From: Octopus sinensis
Lineage: Eukaryota
NCBI RefSeq assembly: GCF_006345805.1
Contig: NC_043004.1
Span: forward strand, 60,884,001-60,948,000
Direction: 5' to 3'
DNA: 64,000 nucleotides
Part shown: positions 38,201 through 50,373 of the stretch, piece after piece
How positions within the stretch are numbered: the first letter of the stretch is position 1
Layout of the letters: every line of letters begins with the position of its first letter
The notes under the pieces: model-generated
Told to the model about the DNA's origin: nothing
The model's input: the letters and a program-made list of their open reading frames with translations, nothing else
Databases searched by the model: none
Position numbers and translations under genes: made by a program

Positions 38201-41200
38201 TGTATTCCTGTAGATGTTTGTGTTTGAATATCTTTGTATATTTATTCCTTCATTGGACACTAAACTCTGCTTGCAAAGTTTTCTTCCTGAATTTCTTTCT
38301 AAGTTTTATTTTTCGTCCGTTATTGAAATTTGTATTTAATATACTGTTCTTTTATTTCCCCAGTCTCTTGAAAAAAATCATGTCCCATTAGAATCACTTC
38401 TGGCAAATTCATCCAACAGCCTTACTCATCTCACTTTTGGTGGAATTGTTGTTCAACAGCAGAAGATTAATGAGTTGTTTAATACTCAACTTGTAAGGAA
38501 TGCTGCCAACTATTTTTTTTCTTTTAAATTACGGAATTTTTATTGTAGTAGTAGTAGTAGTAGTGATTTTATTGGTTCCAACCATAGCTGTCCTAGCATG
38601 TTGTCTGACCATTGCATTGTTTAAGATAGAAATATGTGATTTGTGGGAAATTTTAGCTGCTGCTTCTAGTAAGTCAAGAGGGATGGTTCCCAACCGTTTG
38701 ACTATCACAGATGTCCTTTATATAATTTTTTCACATTTAACCCAGCTATATCTTGCCCAAATTGTTTTACATTCAAACTGGTCAGATCTCACTTCTTACA
38801 CCTACCCTGCAATGTCTTTCTAAAAATATACACATCATTGAAATCCAAAGGCTGCATGATTCATTCAAAACTGAATAAATATGCATTAGATTTTGACAGT
38901 AATCTGAATGCGAACAGGTTAAGACAGAATAGTGTGATTTGAACGAGATTTGGCTGCTTTTTCTAGTAGATCAAGTGACATCTTAAAAGAGTGGCTCCCA
39001 ACCATTTTGCTATCAATGATTCCTACTATTTAAATGAATTTTTCCCACTGACCACCTGAGTTCTGTAAAGTGTGTCTGCAAAATAAGCTGATTTTATTGA
39101 TTAACAACAAACACTTTTCCCCAGCTGTAGAGTATATGTAACAAAAGAACAAATGCCTTTTTCTACAGCTCCAAAGCTTTATGAACCATTTCAGTAGATG
39201 GAAACTGAAAGATGGTTGTCATGTATATATAGGAAAATGTTACCTTGCTTGGTGACATGAAGGGCATTTAGTCATAGAAAATTTGCTTCAACAAATTCAG
39301 TCTGAATGATACAAGCTTGGAAAAGTGTTAACTGATGATTTAACGCTTTTTAAATGGCGCTTTTTATTTTAATACTCTTTACTTGTTTCAGCATGGCTCG
39401 TGTGTGTGTATATATATATAATAACTAGCAGTATCGCCCGGCGTTGCTCGGGTTTGTAAGGGAAATAACTATATAAGCATTTTTAGAGAGTTACTTCCCT
39501 TATATAAAATCCGAGCGAAAAATGGATTAAAAATGCGGAAAAATGATGGTAAATTTTTTTTTAAATCGTAGACTCATTGTAGACGTGCGCTACTACCCAG
39601 AAGGTCTTGATATGAATCACCACTATAAGATACCCGCTTTCGGTTAAACTGCACCGCAAAATGTGGGAGTAGTTAGGAATCTAAATTGGAGTAGACAGAC
39701 ACACACACACACACACACAACTACATTTTTATATATAAAGATATATATATATATATGTTTTTTTTTTCAGATCAACTGTCACAATCTTGAGGTTTTAGAG
39801 CTCATTAATATTTCCTGTACTCGGCTCAACATCGATATAGAGAAGTTCCAAATTTCGCTCCGCAAGCTGTCCAAACTTGCCATTATAAAATGTCCGCTTG
39901 TGTCTCCCAAAGTTACAAAATTACAAATGGTAAGTGATGCGATTTGATTCATTCACTTATTCATATCATTGTCACCACCACCACCACCATCATCATCATC
40001 GTTGTTGTTTTAGCTTTTTTTTTTCCTTGGCACGTAAAAAGTACCATCCGTTTGTGGCCGTTTGCCAGTTCCGTCTGGCACCTGTGCGGGTGGCACGTAA
40101 AAAGCATCCACTACACTCACGGAGTGGTTGGCGTTAGGAAGGACATCCAGCCATAGAAACACTGCCAGATCAGACAGGGCCTGATGCAGCCTTCTGGCTT
40201 CACAGACCCCAGTTGAACCGTCCAACCCATGCTAGCATGGAAAACGGACGCTAAACGATGATGAGTATGAGTTATGTGGGTTTTCGTCAGGCAGTCCTTT
40301 ATAGCTGGTTGCCCTTCCTGCTACCAGCCTTTCTTAAAAATGCTTCATAGTATGCAAAGCCTTGATGCTCCTGTTTAAAAATCAAAATGCTTTGTAGGAG
40401 TGTGAAATCAATCCCAATATTTCCTTTGTATATTATTTTATCAACTATCATTTATATGTATTGAATGAACAAGGGCTATGTGCATCTGTATGGAATATTT
40501 TGTGGTAAATAGAGAGAGGTAGGTGGGGACCCATTTGAAAATAAAAAACAAAAAGCTAGTTTTGAACAGAAATTCCTGTATGTATATTGAAATGTATCCT
40601 GTTTGTTGTTGTTTAGCTTCAGTTCTTGCCCTGATGAAACAGGTATATGGTACCAAGGCGGCGAGCTGACAGAAACGTTAGCACGCCGGGCGAAATGCGT
40701 AGCTGTATTTCGTCTGCCGTTACGTTCTGAGTTCAAATTCCACCGAGGTCGACTTTGCCTTTCATCCTGTCGGGGTCGATTAAATGAGTACCAGTTACGC
40801 ACTGGGGTCGATGTAATCGACTTAATCCGTTTGTCTGTCCTTGTTTGTACCCTCTGTGTTTAGCCCCTTGTGGGTAGTAAAGAAATAGGTATATGGTACC
40901 AAGTATTCCACCTATGACCATCTCGTCTTTTTTGTATAGCCTTTGTCTAATGTGCCTTTATTAATATTCTATTTTCTTAAGACAGTGAGGTGTGATTTGC
41001 AAAAGATTTGGTTGATATATCTATCAGGTCGAGTATATTGAGCTGAGTGCCTCAATGTTAGCAGTACTGCCCTTCTGGTGGCACTAGCATGCTGAAATGA
41101 ATGCTAGTGTTTAGGGGGCAGTGAGGAGGCGGTGATGTACCAGAATTAACATACTAATTTTTACCTCACATAATAAAACTAGTAATGGTTATTAAAATAA

Positions 41201-44200
41201 AATTAGAGCTTTTCAGGCATAGGGAAGTCATTAACTTGCAATTTATAAAATAAATAAGGCAACAACCTGGCAGAAACGTAAGCACGCCGGGCGAAATGCT
41301 TAGCGGTATTTCGTCTGCTGCTACTTTCTGAGTTCAAATTCCGTTGAGGTCGACTTTGCCTTTCATCCTTTCGTGGTCGATAAATTAAGTACCAGTTGCA
41401 TACTGGGGTTGATCTAATTGACTAGTCTCCTCGCCAAAATTTTGGGCCTTTTGCCTAGAGTAGAAATGAATATATAAAGTAAATTTACAGCTTTTGGTTT
41501 TATTGATTTTTTATTATTTCACTGTTAAAAGCTTATAAAGTCCACTTTTTGAGTAAAATTTTTAGATTATCACCCATGTTAAGTCAGTGATGCCCCATTT
41601 GCCACTTAGGTGGGTGCTAGGCATAACAACTACGGTGAGCTGGCAGAATCGTTAGCACGTCGGGCGAAATGCCTAGCGGTATTTCGTCTGCCGTTACGTT
41701 GTGAGTTCAAATTCCGCCGAGGTTGACTTTGCCTTTCATCCTTTCGGGGTCGATAAATTAAGTACCAGTTACGCACTGGGGTCGATGTAATCGACTTAAT
41801 ACCTATATCTGTCCATGTTTGTCCCCTCTATGTTTAGCCCCTTGTGGGTAACAAAGAAATAGGCATAACAACTACTTAAAACTGGGGTGCTACAAAATCA
41901 AAAAAGACTAAGTGGTTAGAGTATCGATCTTTGGATTATGCATACTCTAAAGCCTATGGAAGGGTTGGGGGATCTGTTTATGGTTAACATCATCACTATC
42001 ATTTTACACCTGCTGGCGAAGATTGGAGAATTCAACTACTCCTAATGTGCCTCACTCAAATGTTTCATTTGTGGATTCTTTTTTTTTTTCCGGGCAGATA
42101 CCTTTCCTAACACAAACTGCTTACAGAGAGTAATGAATGCATTTTTTTCATGCCACTAGCACCATGAGTGTTGTCTAGCCACCAGTAAAGCTAGAGAGTC
42201 TCTATTTGATTCATTAACCACTTTATAGATTGTATTTTTTGTGGGTGTATTTTTACATGGTGTGGTCACCTTGCAACTTGTAAAACTAAAGAACTCTTCA
42301 TGATTTCAAGAGAAATGAAATATGATGTTCACACATTCTTGTCTTTCATAAATGGGTCACTAATCATCATCATCGATTCAACATCCACTTTTCTGTGCTT
42401 GCATGGGTTGGACAGAATTTTGTTAAAGCAGATTAACTACGACTCGATGCTTTTCCTGTTGTCAGCCCTCACCTGTTTCTAGGCTAGGTAATATTTTTTT
42501 TTATGACCAGATGTGGGAGATTGAAAATGAATAACACTGCTTGCATGATGATCAGGCTCATTTACATCTCATTACAACATGAGGTGAAGGCAAGGCGACA
42601 ATAACACACACACACTCACACACATATATGTATAAATATATATGTATATATATATAAATATATGTATGTATATGTATGTGTCTAGCATATTGAAAAATCT
42701 GAAGTTTCAGAAAAAATTATATTACATACATATAAGAGGGAAGACCTGTAAGTGGACATCCATTATGCTAGAAGAAGATCCACTATGGTCTTACCACTAA
42801 GAAAGGAATGTTCTTGAGAGCATTCCTTTCTTAGTGGTAAGACCATAGCGGATCTTCTAGCATAATGGATCTCCACTTACAGGTCATCCCTCTTATAGTT
42901 GTGGCTGTGTGGTAAGTAACTTGCTTACCAGCTGCATGTTCCAGGGTCAGTCCTACTGCAGAGCACCTTGGGCAAGTGTCTTCTACTATCAAATCCACTA
43001 TCAAATTTCCGTCTATCAAATCCACTCACAAGGCTCTGGTCAGCCCGAGGCTATAGTAGAAGACACTTGCCCAGGGTGCTACACAGTGGCACTGAACCCG
43101 GAACCATGTGGTTGGTAAGCAAGCCTTTTACCACACAGCCACTCCTATGCCTACAATTTGATCTCAGAATGTAAAGACCGACAAAATAGTACTAAGCATT
43201 TCGCCTGGCATGCTCACGATTCTGCCAGCTCACTGTATCATTATTGATTGGGAGGTGGCTGCTAAACAACCACAACGCTAACAATTACAACATAATCTGC
43301 AATTCCTGAACTATCCTCCTTAAGCTGCAGAGGTAAATTACAAAAAATACTTAAGTAATCTAAAGCACACAGAGCTCTGCTTTTCTGACCTAGCAGTATC
43401 ATTGTCAGCTGCTACAAAGAGAGAAACAGCTGTAAAGGAATTCAACTATTGGATCAGGTTATGATGGTCATAGTACAATTGATTCATGATAGAGTATGCT
43501 TAGATGGCATGCAGTTTGGTTTCATGCCCAGAAGAGGTACTATGAATGCAATCTTCCTAGTGAGGCAACTGCAGGAGATAATTGGTTAAGAATGAACCAC
43601 TATTCTTGCTATTTGTTGGAGAAGGCACTTGACAGGGTACCAAGTTCAGCAATCAGATGATCAGTTAAGAAACTTGGCATGGATAAATGGCTTGTGAGGG
43701 TTGTACATGCCACGTGTGGAGGCGCAATGGCCCAGTGGTTAGGGCAGCGGACTCGCGGTCGTAGGATCGCGGTTTCGATTCCCAGACCAGGCGTTGTGAG
43801 TGTTTATTGAGCGAAAACACCTAAAGCTCCACGAGGCTCCGGCAGGGATGGTGGTGATCCCTGCTGTACTCTTTCGCCACAACTTTCTCTCACTCTTACT
43901 TCCTGTTTCTGTTGTACCTGTATTTCAAAGGGCCGGCCTTGTCACTCTCTGTGTCACGCTGAATATCCCTGAGAACTGCGTTAAGGGTACACGTGTCTGT
44001 GGAGTGCTCAGCCACTTACACGTTAATTTCACGAGCAGGCTGTTCCGTTGATCAGATCAACCGGAACCCTCGTTGTTGTAACCAACGGAGTGCTTCCACT
44101 CCACATGCCACGTACAAAGAAGCAATAATTAAAGTAAGAGTCAGCAACAATTACAAGACCTAAGATATGTATAGTCATGGCTGTGTCGTAAGTAACTTGC

Positions 44201-46381
44201 TTACCGACCACATGTTCCAGGTTCAGTCCCACTGCAGTGCACCTTGAGCAAGTGTCTTCTACTATAGCCTCAGGCCAACCAAAGCCTTGTGAGTGGATTT
44301 GGTAGGCGGAAACTGAAAGAAGCCCATTGTATATGTATATCTTTGTGTATCTGTGTAGAAATTATTAGCCATGTTGCTAAATCACCTCCAGTTTAAATCT
44401 AAGAAGTGTTTTATTTTCCAAGGCAGAACTATTTGGGTCTTTGATACTGAAGCAGCACTTCCAGCTTAAAATTAAAATGTGTTTTATTTCCATAAAGATC
44501 CCTGTTAGGTTTCCATGCAAAATTGCCTGCAGCTAAAAACTAAGATGTATTTTATTTTCATAAGAGGAACTATCTGGGTTTTTTATACTGAAGCATCTCC
44601 TGCTTAAGATGTATTATATTTCCATAGAAGTCTCTTTTGGGCTTCTGATACCAAATCTCATGTAGCTTTAAAAAAAAAAATCTTTTTTTTTTTTTCCATA
44701 GGAAGAATCAGCTGGGTTCCCGATGCTAAAACACCTTTCTTTAAGTTTGTCTGACAAAAATTCAGTGTTGACTGAAACAGCTCATAATATTTTGAAAAGG
44801 TAAGAAAAATATTCCTGATTGCGTATTTTTATGAGGATAAGTAAGAAGTGCAAGTGTCGCTCGTGTTCAGTCTCACTGCATGGCACCTTGGGCATGTGTC
44901 TTCTACTATAGTCTCAGGCTGATCAAAGCCTTGTGAGTGGATTTGAGAAATAGTTTGTATCTCCCTATCTTGATATCATGTCATCATTAAAAATAAATAG
45001 GATCTTTTCTGTTTGGTTGCCACTTTTTAATTTCTTCAAGTTTGCTCCAATTGATTTCATATTTGGTGTATTGTTGTAGTTTTGCTTTGTGATTATTGGC
45101 ATGAAATTCATTTTAGCCTTAAATCAAAAAATAAAGAGTTAATAGGTTTTAAAGTTTGCAAATTCTGGGTAATTTTGACCATTTGAAAGCTACAGACATA
45201 TAGGTGCCTGTTTCCATAGTAATAAACCAAGCTGTTACCAAGCTCCTTACTTGTCTTTTGTTGTTTTGTCCAGCCATGTGGTCATTTTACCCTTACTAAA
45301 AGCTTAAATACTTGAGATAGGATGTGGGCATGAGCTTTGCTAAAAGTAACAGCTATGTAGGCCTTAACTCAAACACTAAGTTACTATTTTAGTTTTTTGT
45401 TTTTATATAATTGTATGAATTCCTGCTGTATGTAAAAATAATAAGTTCACAAAAATTTTCCAAAAAGTAAAAAAAATTATAAGGGGTTATATGGCTTGTG
45501 TAAAGCAGTATTCCACCAATATTTCATTTGTTTAGAGATTGATATTAAAACATGTGCTAGAGCTGCAATGATAGAGTGTAGTCACACAGCTTCCACATAC
45601 TTTTCTAACTGGGTAAAAATTTATGAAACTTTAAACCTCTGTAACTTTTTTAAAAGATTTTTTCTGGAACAAGTGAATTAAGACCCAAGATTCAGCTTCA
45701 AAAATTGTATCAATAAAACCAAATTTGTAAATTTTCACTTCATTTTAAAATTTCAAAAAGTTCAGCCAAACAGAAAAGATCTGATAAATGTCATACTTTT
45801 ATATTATTCAGTGTAAGCCTGTCTGGTTATGGAGAAATTAACTTGCTTGGAAATGAGTAAAGGTTGGCAACAGGAAAGACATCCAGCTGTAGATAATCTT
45901 TCAGTGTATGCAACACTGTAAACACCTATACAGTGAATGATGGAATTTTCCACTCTGAATATGTCTGTCCATCCATCAGATGCACAAACGCTTGCATACA
46001 GATACACGCACATGTTGTGATTATAGGTGTTCCATATTGTTGACTATGCTTTGATATCTTAATTAAAATATGAAATGCAAAGGAGAAAATGTAGTTTTTA
46101 AATTGTTAAATTTCATCTTGAGTTTCTTCGTGGCTGAAATTGCAAATGTAAATTTGTGGTCATACTTCACAATTTCTGTAAGTGCAAAATCCCATAACTT
46201 AGAATATATTCATAGGTGTAGAAGTGGCTGTGTGGTAAGTTGCTTGCTTACAAACCACATGGTTCCGAGTTCAGTCCCACTGCATGGCACATTGGGTGAG
46301 TGTCTTCTACTATAGCCTCGGGTCGACCAAAGCCTTGTGAGTGGATTTGGTAGACGGAAACTGAAAGAAGCCCGTCGTATA

Positions 46382-46420
<39 letters not shown>

Positions 46421-49400
46421 TTTTTGTGTCCGTGTTTGTCCCCCTAGCATTGCTTGACAATCGATGCTGGTGAGTTTTATGTCCCCCGTAACTTAGCTGT
46501 TCGGCAAAAGAGACCGATAGATTAAGTACTAGGCTTACAAAGAATAAGTCCTGGGGCCAATTTGCTCAACTAAAGCCAGTACTCCAGCATGGCCGCAGTC
46601 AAATGATTGAAAAAAGTAAAAGAGTAATTATGTTGGGGCTGCCTATACACATATGTGTATATATATGTGTGTGTGTGTGTATACTTGTCCAAATTTGTGA
46701 AAATGGAATTTACATTCTTTCTTCGAGAAGTATAATTACTGTTGCAATATGTTTATGTTTCCAGATTACTAAAGAACTCACATAACCTGGAAATCCTTGA
46801 ACTTGATCAGTTTTGCAAAATCACACCAGAAGTAATTAATTATGTTACGTCTGATAAACTTAAATTCCTGCAGTTGTCCAGGAACGCCATTATTCAAGAT
46901 GTTTCATTAGTTCAGGTAAGAATCAAAGAATTAATTTTTACTATGGGAATATTATTTTAACCATATGCAAATCTATTCATTTAACCCCTTTACTGCGGAA
47001 ATCAGATATATCAGCTCAAAATTTCATTACCCTTAACTGGGAGAAGCAGTTTTATATACCAATCTATCTTTTGTTGAAGAATGTTTAAAACTATTTTTTA
47101 TTGAGATATGTCAAGTTTTTAATCAGGTAACGTGACTTGCAGAAACTACAAATTCTAGTTTTTGGTACATATTTAACATCGTTACTAGAATAATCGTCGT
47201 TTAATGTCCTTGCAATCATTGGTACTCTACAAAGTTGAGGTGAAACCTAGAATAGGCTTTAGCTCCCATTGCTTTTCCATTTGGAGAGATGCTGCTGTTG
47301 CTATACACACAGACATGGTAGCCCACATCCAGAAAAGGGCCACTTGACTGAATTTCATAAAGTCTGTTATTAATAATTCTCCAGCCTCTCACTGTTTCCT
47401 CTTTCTGCCTTTTGTACTGCTTCTATAATGACCTGTTCTCAGATTTGGCTAGTCACGTGCCACCATTATTCTGTCATTCCTCTTTTATTTTTGTCTCTTC
47501 TCATCACCCATGTTGTATCTGATCTTGCAGTCCCACACTGACCACCAAATTTGTCTTACTTGGAACATCGGCCTTCAGGAATGACATTCTTTGTGTGATT
47601 CCTGCAGTTAACTTGAATAAGTTTGTCAAGTACAATAATAGCAACAGTTTCATCAATATCGTATGGCGATCACCCTTTGCAGGACTTCCAAGTGTGCCTG
47701 GAGGGAGTGAAGAAGGCATCCTCAAACCAGAGGCCTGGCCTAAATGCCCAAAGAGCCAAGTGACAGTGCAAAATTGGGCAATAGATCAACTCTGCCCATT
47801 CATTATCATTATTTAATACCTGTTTTCCATGCTGGCCTGGATTGAATGGTTTGATAGGAGCTTGTCAGCCAGAGATCTGCACCATGTTCCAATGTGTGTT
47901 TTGGCATGGTTTCTACGGCTGGATTCCTTTCCTAGCACCATAGAATATCATAATATTCAGTACGATTTAGTTATTATCAATATTGATTTTTGTTAAAGGT
48001 TATAGTGTCAACAGCTATTCTCTTTCTCTCATATTTCAGTTCTCCTCGACTTTGGAAAGCTTGGATCTATCAGATATTGTACCTCGTCATCGGGTAAATG
48101 AATTACTAAGTGGTTTAGTCCAGCCTCCTGGATCTCAGCTATCTCGATTAGATGTCTCCAACTCTCAGATTTCTCTTGAAGTTCTCCAGTAAGTAATCAC
48201 CAATTTATCTCTAGTTTGTTTACACAAATGTGCAGCATATGATAAGAAATTTGCTTTCCATCTACTTGGTTCTAGGTTCAGTCCCTCTGTGTGAAACCTT
48301 GAGCAAGTGTCTTCTACTATGATAACTCTGGTCTGACCAGACTTTTGTGAGTGGATTTTGTTGATGGAAACTGAATGCAACTTGTTTACTTGTGTGTGTG
48401 TGTATATGTGTCTCTCCTTGTTCTCACGTCATGTGATAGTGCAAAATGATACAGGCATTGTTATTCATTTCTAGACCTATGTCTGGCCATGGAGTGATAT
48501 TATATAGCTAGGAAGCAGGTGAGGGTTGTTGATGGGAAGGATATCCAACAGTAGAAAATCTGTCTTAGTAAACTCTGTTCTACCCATGCAAGCATAGAAA
48601 AGTGGACATTGTAAAATATAGATTCAACTAATTAGATCATCTGTTGATTTTTGGCTATTAGAATTAAATTGTTTGATCGATTGGATGATCTGTTCTTTTG
48701 AATTAAATGATTGACTGAGATCCTAGGTCTCTTATGAGTTGTATCACTCATAAGGCCAGAGCTTAATCCAGTTTCCTTGGCATATAAATGGCTGAAATTA
48801 CAACATCCCCTCCCCCAACTGCCCTGAACGGGGCACTGATCTATCATAAGGTTAACTTTCCAGCTATTGCTGGGACTCATAGCTGAGTAGATTGAAGCAG
48901 AATGAATCAAAGTGTTTTTGCTCAAGAACACAATGCACTGCCTGACCTGTGTGGGTGTTGAAACCAAAATCTTAGAATCATTGCTGCAAAACCTTAACCG
49001 CTTGACCACTTGCCTTCAGTGTATAAAAGGGTTAAATATTTGGCACCCTGAATGTAATTCTCAAGGAGCATCACCATAACACAGCATGTGACAATGTGGC
49101 AAGATTGGACCTTTAAATTCTAAACACGATCCAGCTAAACATGATTCCTCACAGTTTCCACTTATCCAATTTTAGTCAGATGGCTTGGATCAACCTGAAG
49201 CTGTGGTAAAAAATATCGCCCGAGGCACCACATAGGGAGGTTTTAGTCCATGTCCTTGTGATTATAAAGCAAGCTTAACCAGTCTGCCATGCTGTATCCA
49301 TAAATACATAAGTATTGATACTCAACCCACTGACTTGCACAGTTGATCAAAATGCCAACTGAACAAAACACTAATCCGGTTTAACTTGTCTGTAAAGAAA

Positions 49401-49503
49401 CTTGTATTGATCCTTGCACGTCTCTACATAAAGTCATAATGAATGGTTTCTTTCTATGCTTTGTAGCACTCATTGCTTGCGTGTATGCATGCATCCACAC
49501 ACG

Positions 49504-49534
<31 letters not shown>

Positions 49535-50373
49535 CTTGGGGCACTGGGATATATAACACACTGCCTAAATTACCAATCTTGAGAATTCAGGTACCATAAT
49601 ATGGGGTGAATAGGGACAATAACCGGGAAAGTCGCCTGGCCCCCGTGCCGGTGGCACATAAAAAGCACCATCCGATCGTGGCTGTTTGCCAGACTCGTCT
49701 GGCACGTAAAAAGCACCCACTACACTCATGGAGTGGTTGGCGTTAGGAAGGGCATCCAGCTGTAGAAACATTGCCAGATCAAACTGGGCCTGGTGCAGCC
49801 TTCTGGCTTCCCAGACCCCAGCTGAACCGTCCAACCCATGCTAGCATGGAAAGCGGACGCTAAACGATGATGAACAATGATAAGTTCAGATGACTCAAAT
49901 TGTGCTCGTTTGAGTCAATTTGAGTCATCTCAACTTTATTGTTCTAAAATATTTTTCCTAGTTATTGCCCCTTTTCACCCCTTAGCCCCTTTTCACCCCG
50001 GATTACGGTATACAAATGTATGCATGAGACACACAAAACATACAAAGCTGCATGCATACATACGTGCAAAAATACCCTGTTGTTGATGTTGAAATTCTAA
50101 TGAAGGATCCTTGTATATAGGTCAGAAACCAGCTCTTTCTCTTTTGGAAATAAATCTTGAAATATAACTGAATAATGACATTCATACATACATACATTTG
50201 TACATTATATGCATATTTCTTACATTTGTGTTTGATCTTCTCCCAGGTTACTCCTCAAGACGCTACAACATATGAAATACCTCAACATTTCTTATTGCCG
50301 TGAGTTACCCAGAGGAATTAAGCGACTTCATATTGATAAAGAAATTCAAGACTTACGCAAGAGACTTCTTTGA
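28820..50373 (+). CDS. FBXL6: F-box/LRR-repeat protein 6-like gene, 10 coding exons: join(28820-28962,32673-32819,37323-37512,37955-38089,38364-38492,39771-39929,44702-44799,46765-46915,48040-48188,50247-50373); 1428 nt, 475 aa
   Basis: Manual splicing gives one continuous ORF with GT-AG introns. F-box VPIDVWVEIFSRCVELEGALPFLVRASQVCRTWYEASKCPRLWQNIDL, followed by LRRs, a GFP motif and C-terminal YLNISYCRELPRGIKR. These match remembered FBXL6 hallmarks (GPMPFLGRAARVC, GFPSL, YLNLESCRCLPRGLKR). Confidence 0.9.
29618..29905 (-). mobile_element. Non-autonomous Helitron, same family as 62380
   Basis: TC...CTAG termini; sequence identity to 62380-62771. Confidence 0.85.
32459..32654. mobile_element. 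piggyBac-type MITE (TTAA|CCC...GGG|TTAA); related copies at about 37630-37730 and 38741-38919
   Basis: TTAA at 32455-58 and 32655-58 with CCC/GGG termini; internal homology between the copies. Confidence 0.7.
32673..32819 (+). CDS. FBXL6: FBXL6 coding exon 2 (N-terminal half of F-box)
   Basis: ttttcag acceptor; AG|GTAAGC donor; encodes VPIDVWVEIF...LPFLVR. Confidence 0.9.
33815..34376 (-). mobile_element. Non-autonomous Helitron-like element
   Basis: 5' TC(TCTTATATAAAA), internal (CTGT)n; 3' end shared with 1-175. Confidence 0.55.
35354..36232 (+). mobile_element. 3'-truncated mariner fossil
   Basis: Left TIR ttgggttggcaagaaagtaatt after (TA)n; FHKGKKAAEAHKEICKVYG...KWFKKF, WVPH, ITGDEK and TINSDVYCQQL motifs. 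Confidence 0.9.
36233..36590 (-). mobile_element. CR1/L2-like LINE 3' fragment
   Basis: YVWKILEGLV...RGPQLFNILPKCLRDL...FKTKLDLFLSGVPDEP. Confidence 0.8.
37323..37512 (+). CDS. FBXL6: FBXL6 coding exon 3 (C-terminal half of F-box, first LRR)
   Basis: tttcag acceptor; encodes ASQVCRTWYEASKCPRLWQNIDL...LNLSGWKNLTAEGLR; donor GTAAAT. Confidence 0.9.
37955..38089 (+). CDS. FBXL6: FBXL6 coding exon 4 (LRR)
   Basis: Encodes AVALNCPNLENLDIS...NCPKLSTINLLDCK; acag acceptor, GTAAGT donor. Confidence 0.9.
38364..38492 (+). CDS. FBXL6: FBXL6 coding exon 5
   Basis: tttccccag acceptor; 43 open codons SLEKNHVPLESLL...NTQL; GTAAGG donor. Confidence 0.8.
39425..39741 (-). mobile_element. Non-autonomous Helitron, same family; ends about 30 nt before the acceptor of coding exon 6
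   Basis: TC...CTAG termini; sequence identity. Confidence 0.85.
39771..39929 (+). CDS. FBXL6: FBXL6 coding exon 6 (LRR)
   Basis: Encodes INCHNLEVLELINISCTRLNIDIEKFQ...; polyT-cag acceptor, GTAAGT donor. Confidence 0.9.
40657..40890 (+). mobile_element. Third SINE family (Meta-domain-like); copies at about 1048-1430(-), 6537-6740(+), 20528-20760(-), 24170-24290(-), 41267-41470(+), 41633-41862(+)
   Basis: Head ggcgagctggcagaa..gagttcaaattcc; central gactttgcctttcatcctttcggggtcgataaattaagtaccag resembles the MetaSINE domain (from memory). Confidence 0.8.
42731..42897. repeat. Near-perfect palindrome of about 165 bp; related inverted repeat at 15952-16165
   Basis: tataagaggg...accactaagaaaggaatg / cattcctttcttagtggt...ccctcttata. 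Confidence 0.85.
43420..43716 (+). mobile_element. RTE-like RT fragment, interrupted by the SINE at 43717
   Basis: MQFGFMPRRGTMNAIFLVRQLQE. Confidence 0.75.
44401..44745 (+). repeat. Degenerate tandem array (about 65-75 bp unit) of the acceptor and 5' end of coding exon 7
   Basis: Five units of tgt.tt.attt(t)cca.ag...tggg..tt...at.ct.aa; unit 3 reads EELSGFFILKHLLL versus the real exon EESAGFPMLKHLSL. Confidence 0.75.
44702..44799 (+). CDS. FBXL6: FBXL6 coding exon 7
   Basis: polyT-ccatag acceptor; encodes EESAGFPMLKHLSLS...ILKR; AG|GTAAGA donor. Confidence 0.85.
46765..46915 (+). CDS. FBXL6: FBXL6 coding exon 8 (LRR)
   Basis: Encodes LLKNSHNLEILELDQFCKITPE...; ccag acceptor, CAG|GTAAGA donor. 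Confidence 0.9.
48040..48188 (+). CDS. FBXL6: FBXL6 coding exon 9 (LRR)
   Basis: Encodes FSSTLESLDLS...LSRLDVSNSQISLEVL; tttcag acceptor, GTAAGT donor. Confidence 0.9.
50247..50373 (+). CDS. FBXL6: FBXL6 last coding exon
   Basis: tcccag acceptor; encodes LLLKTLQHMKYLNISYCRELPRGIKRLHIDKEIQDLRKRLL*. Confidence 0.9.
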
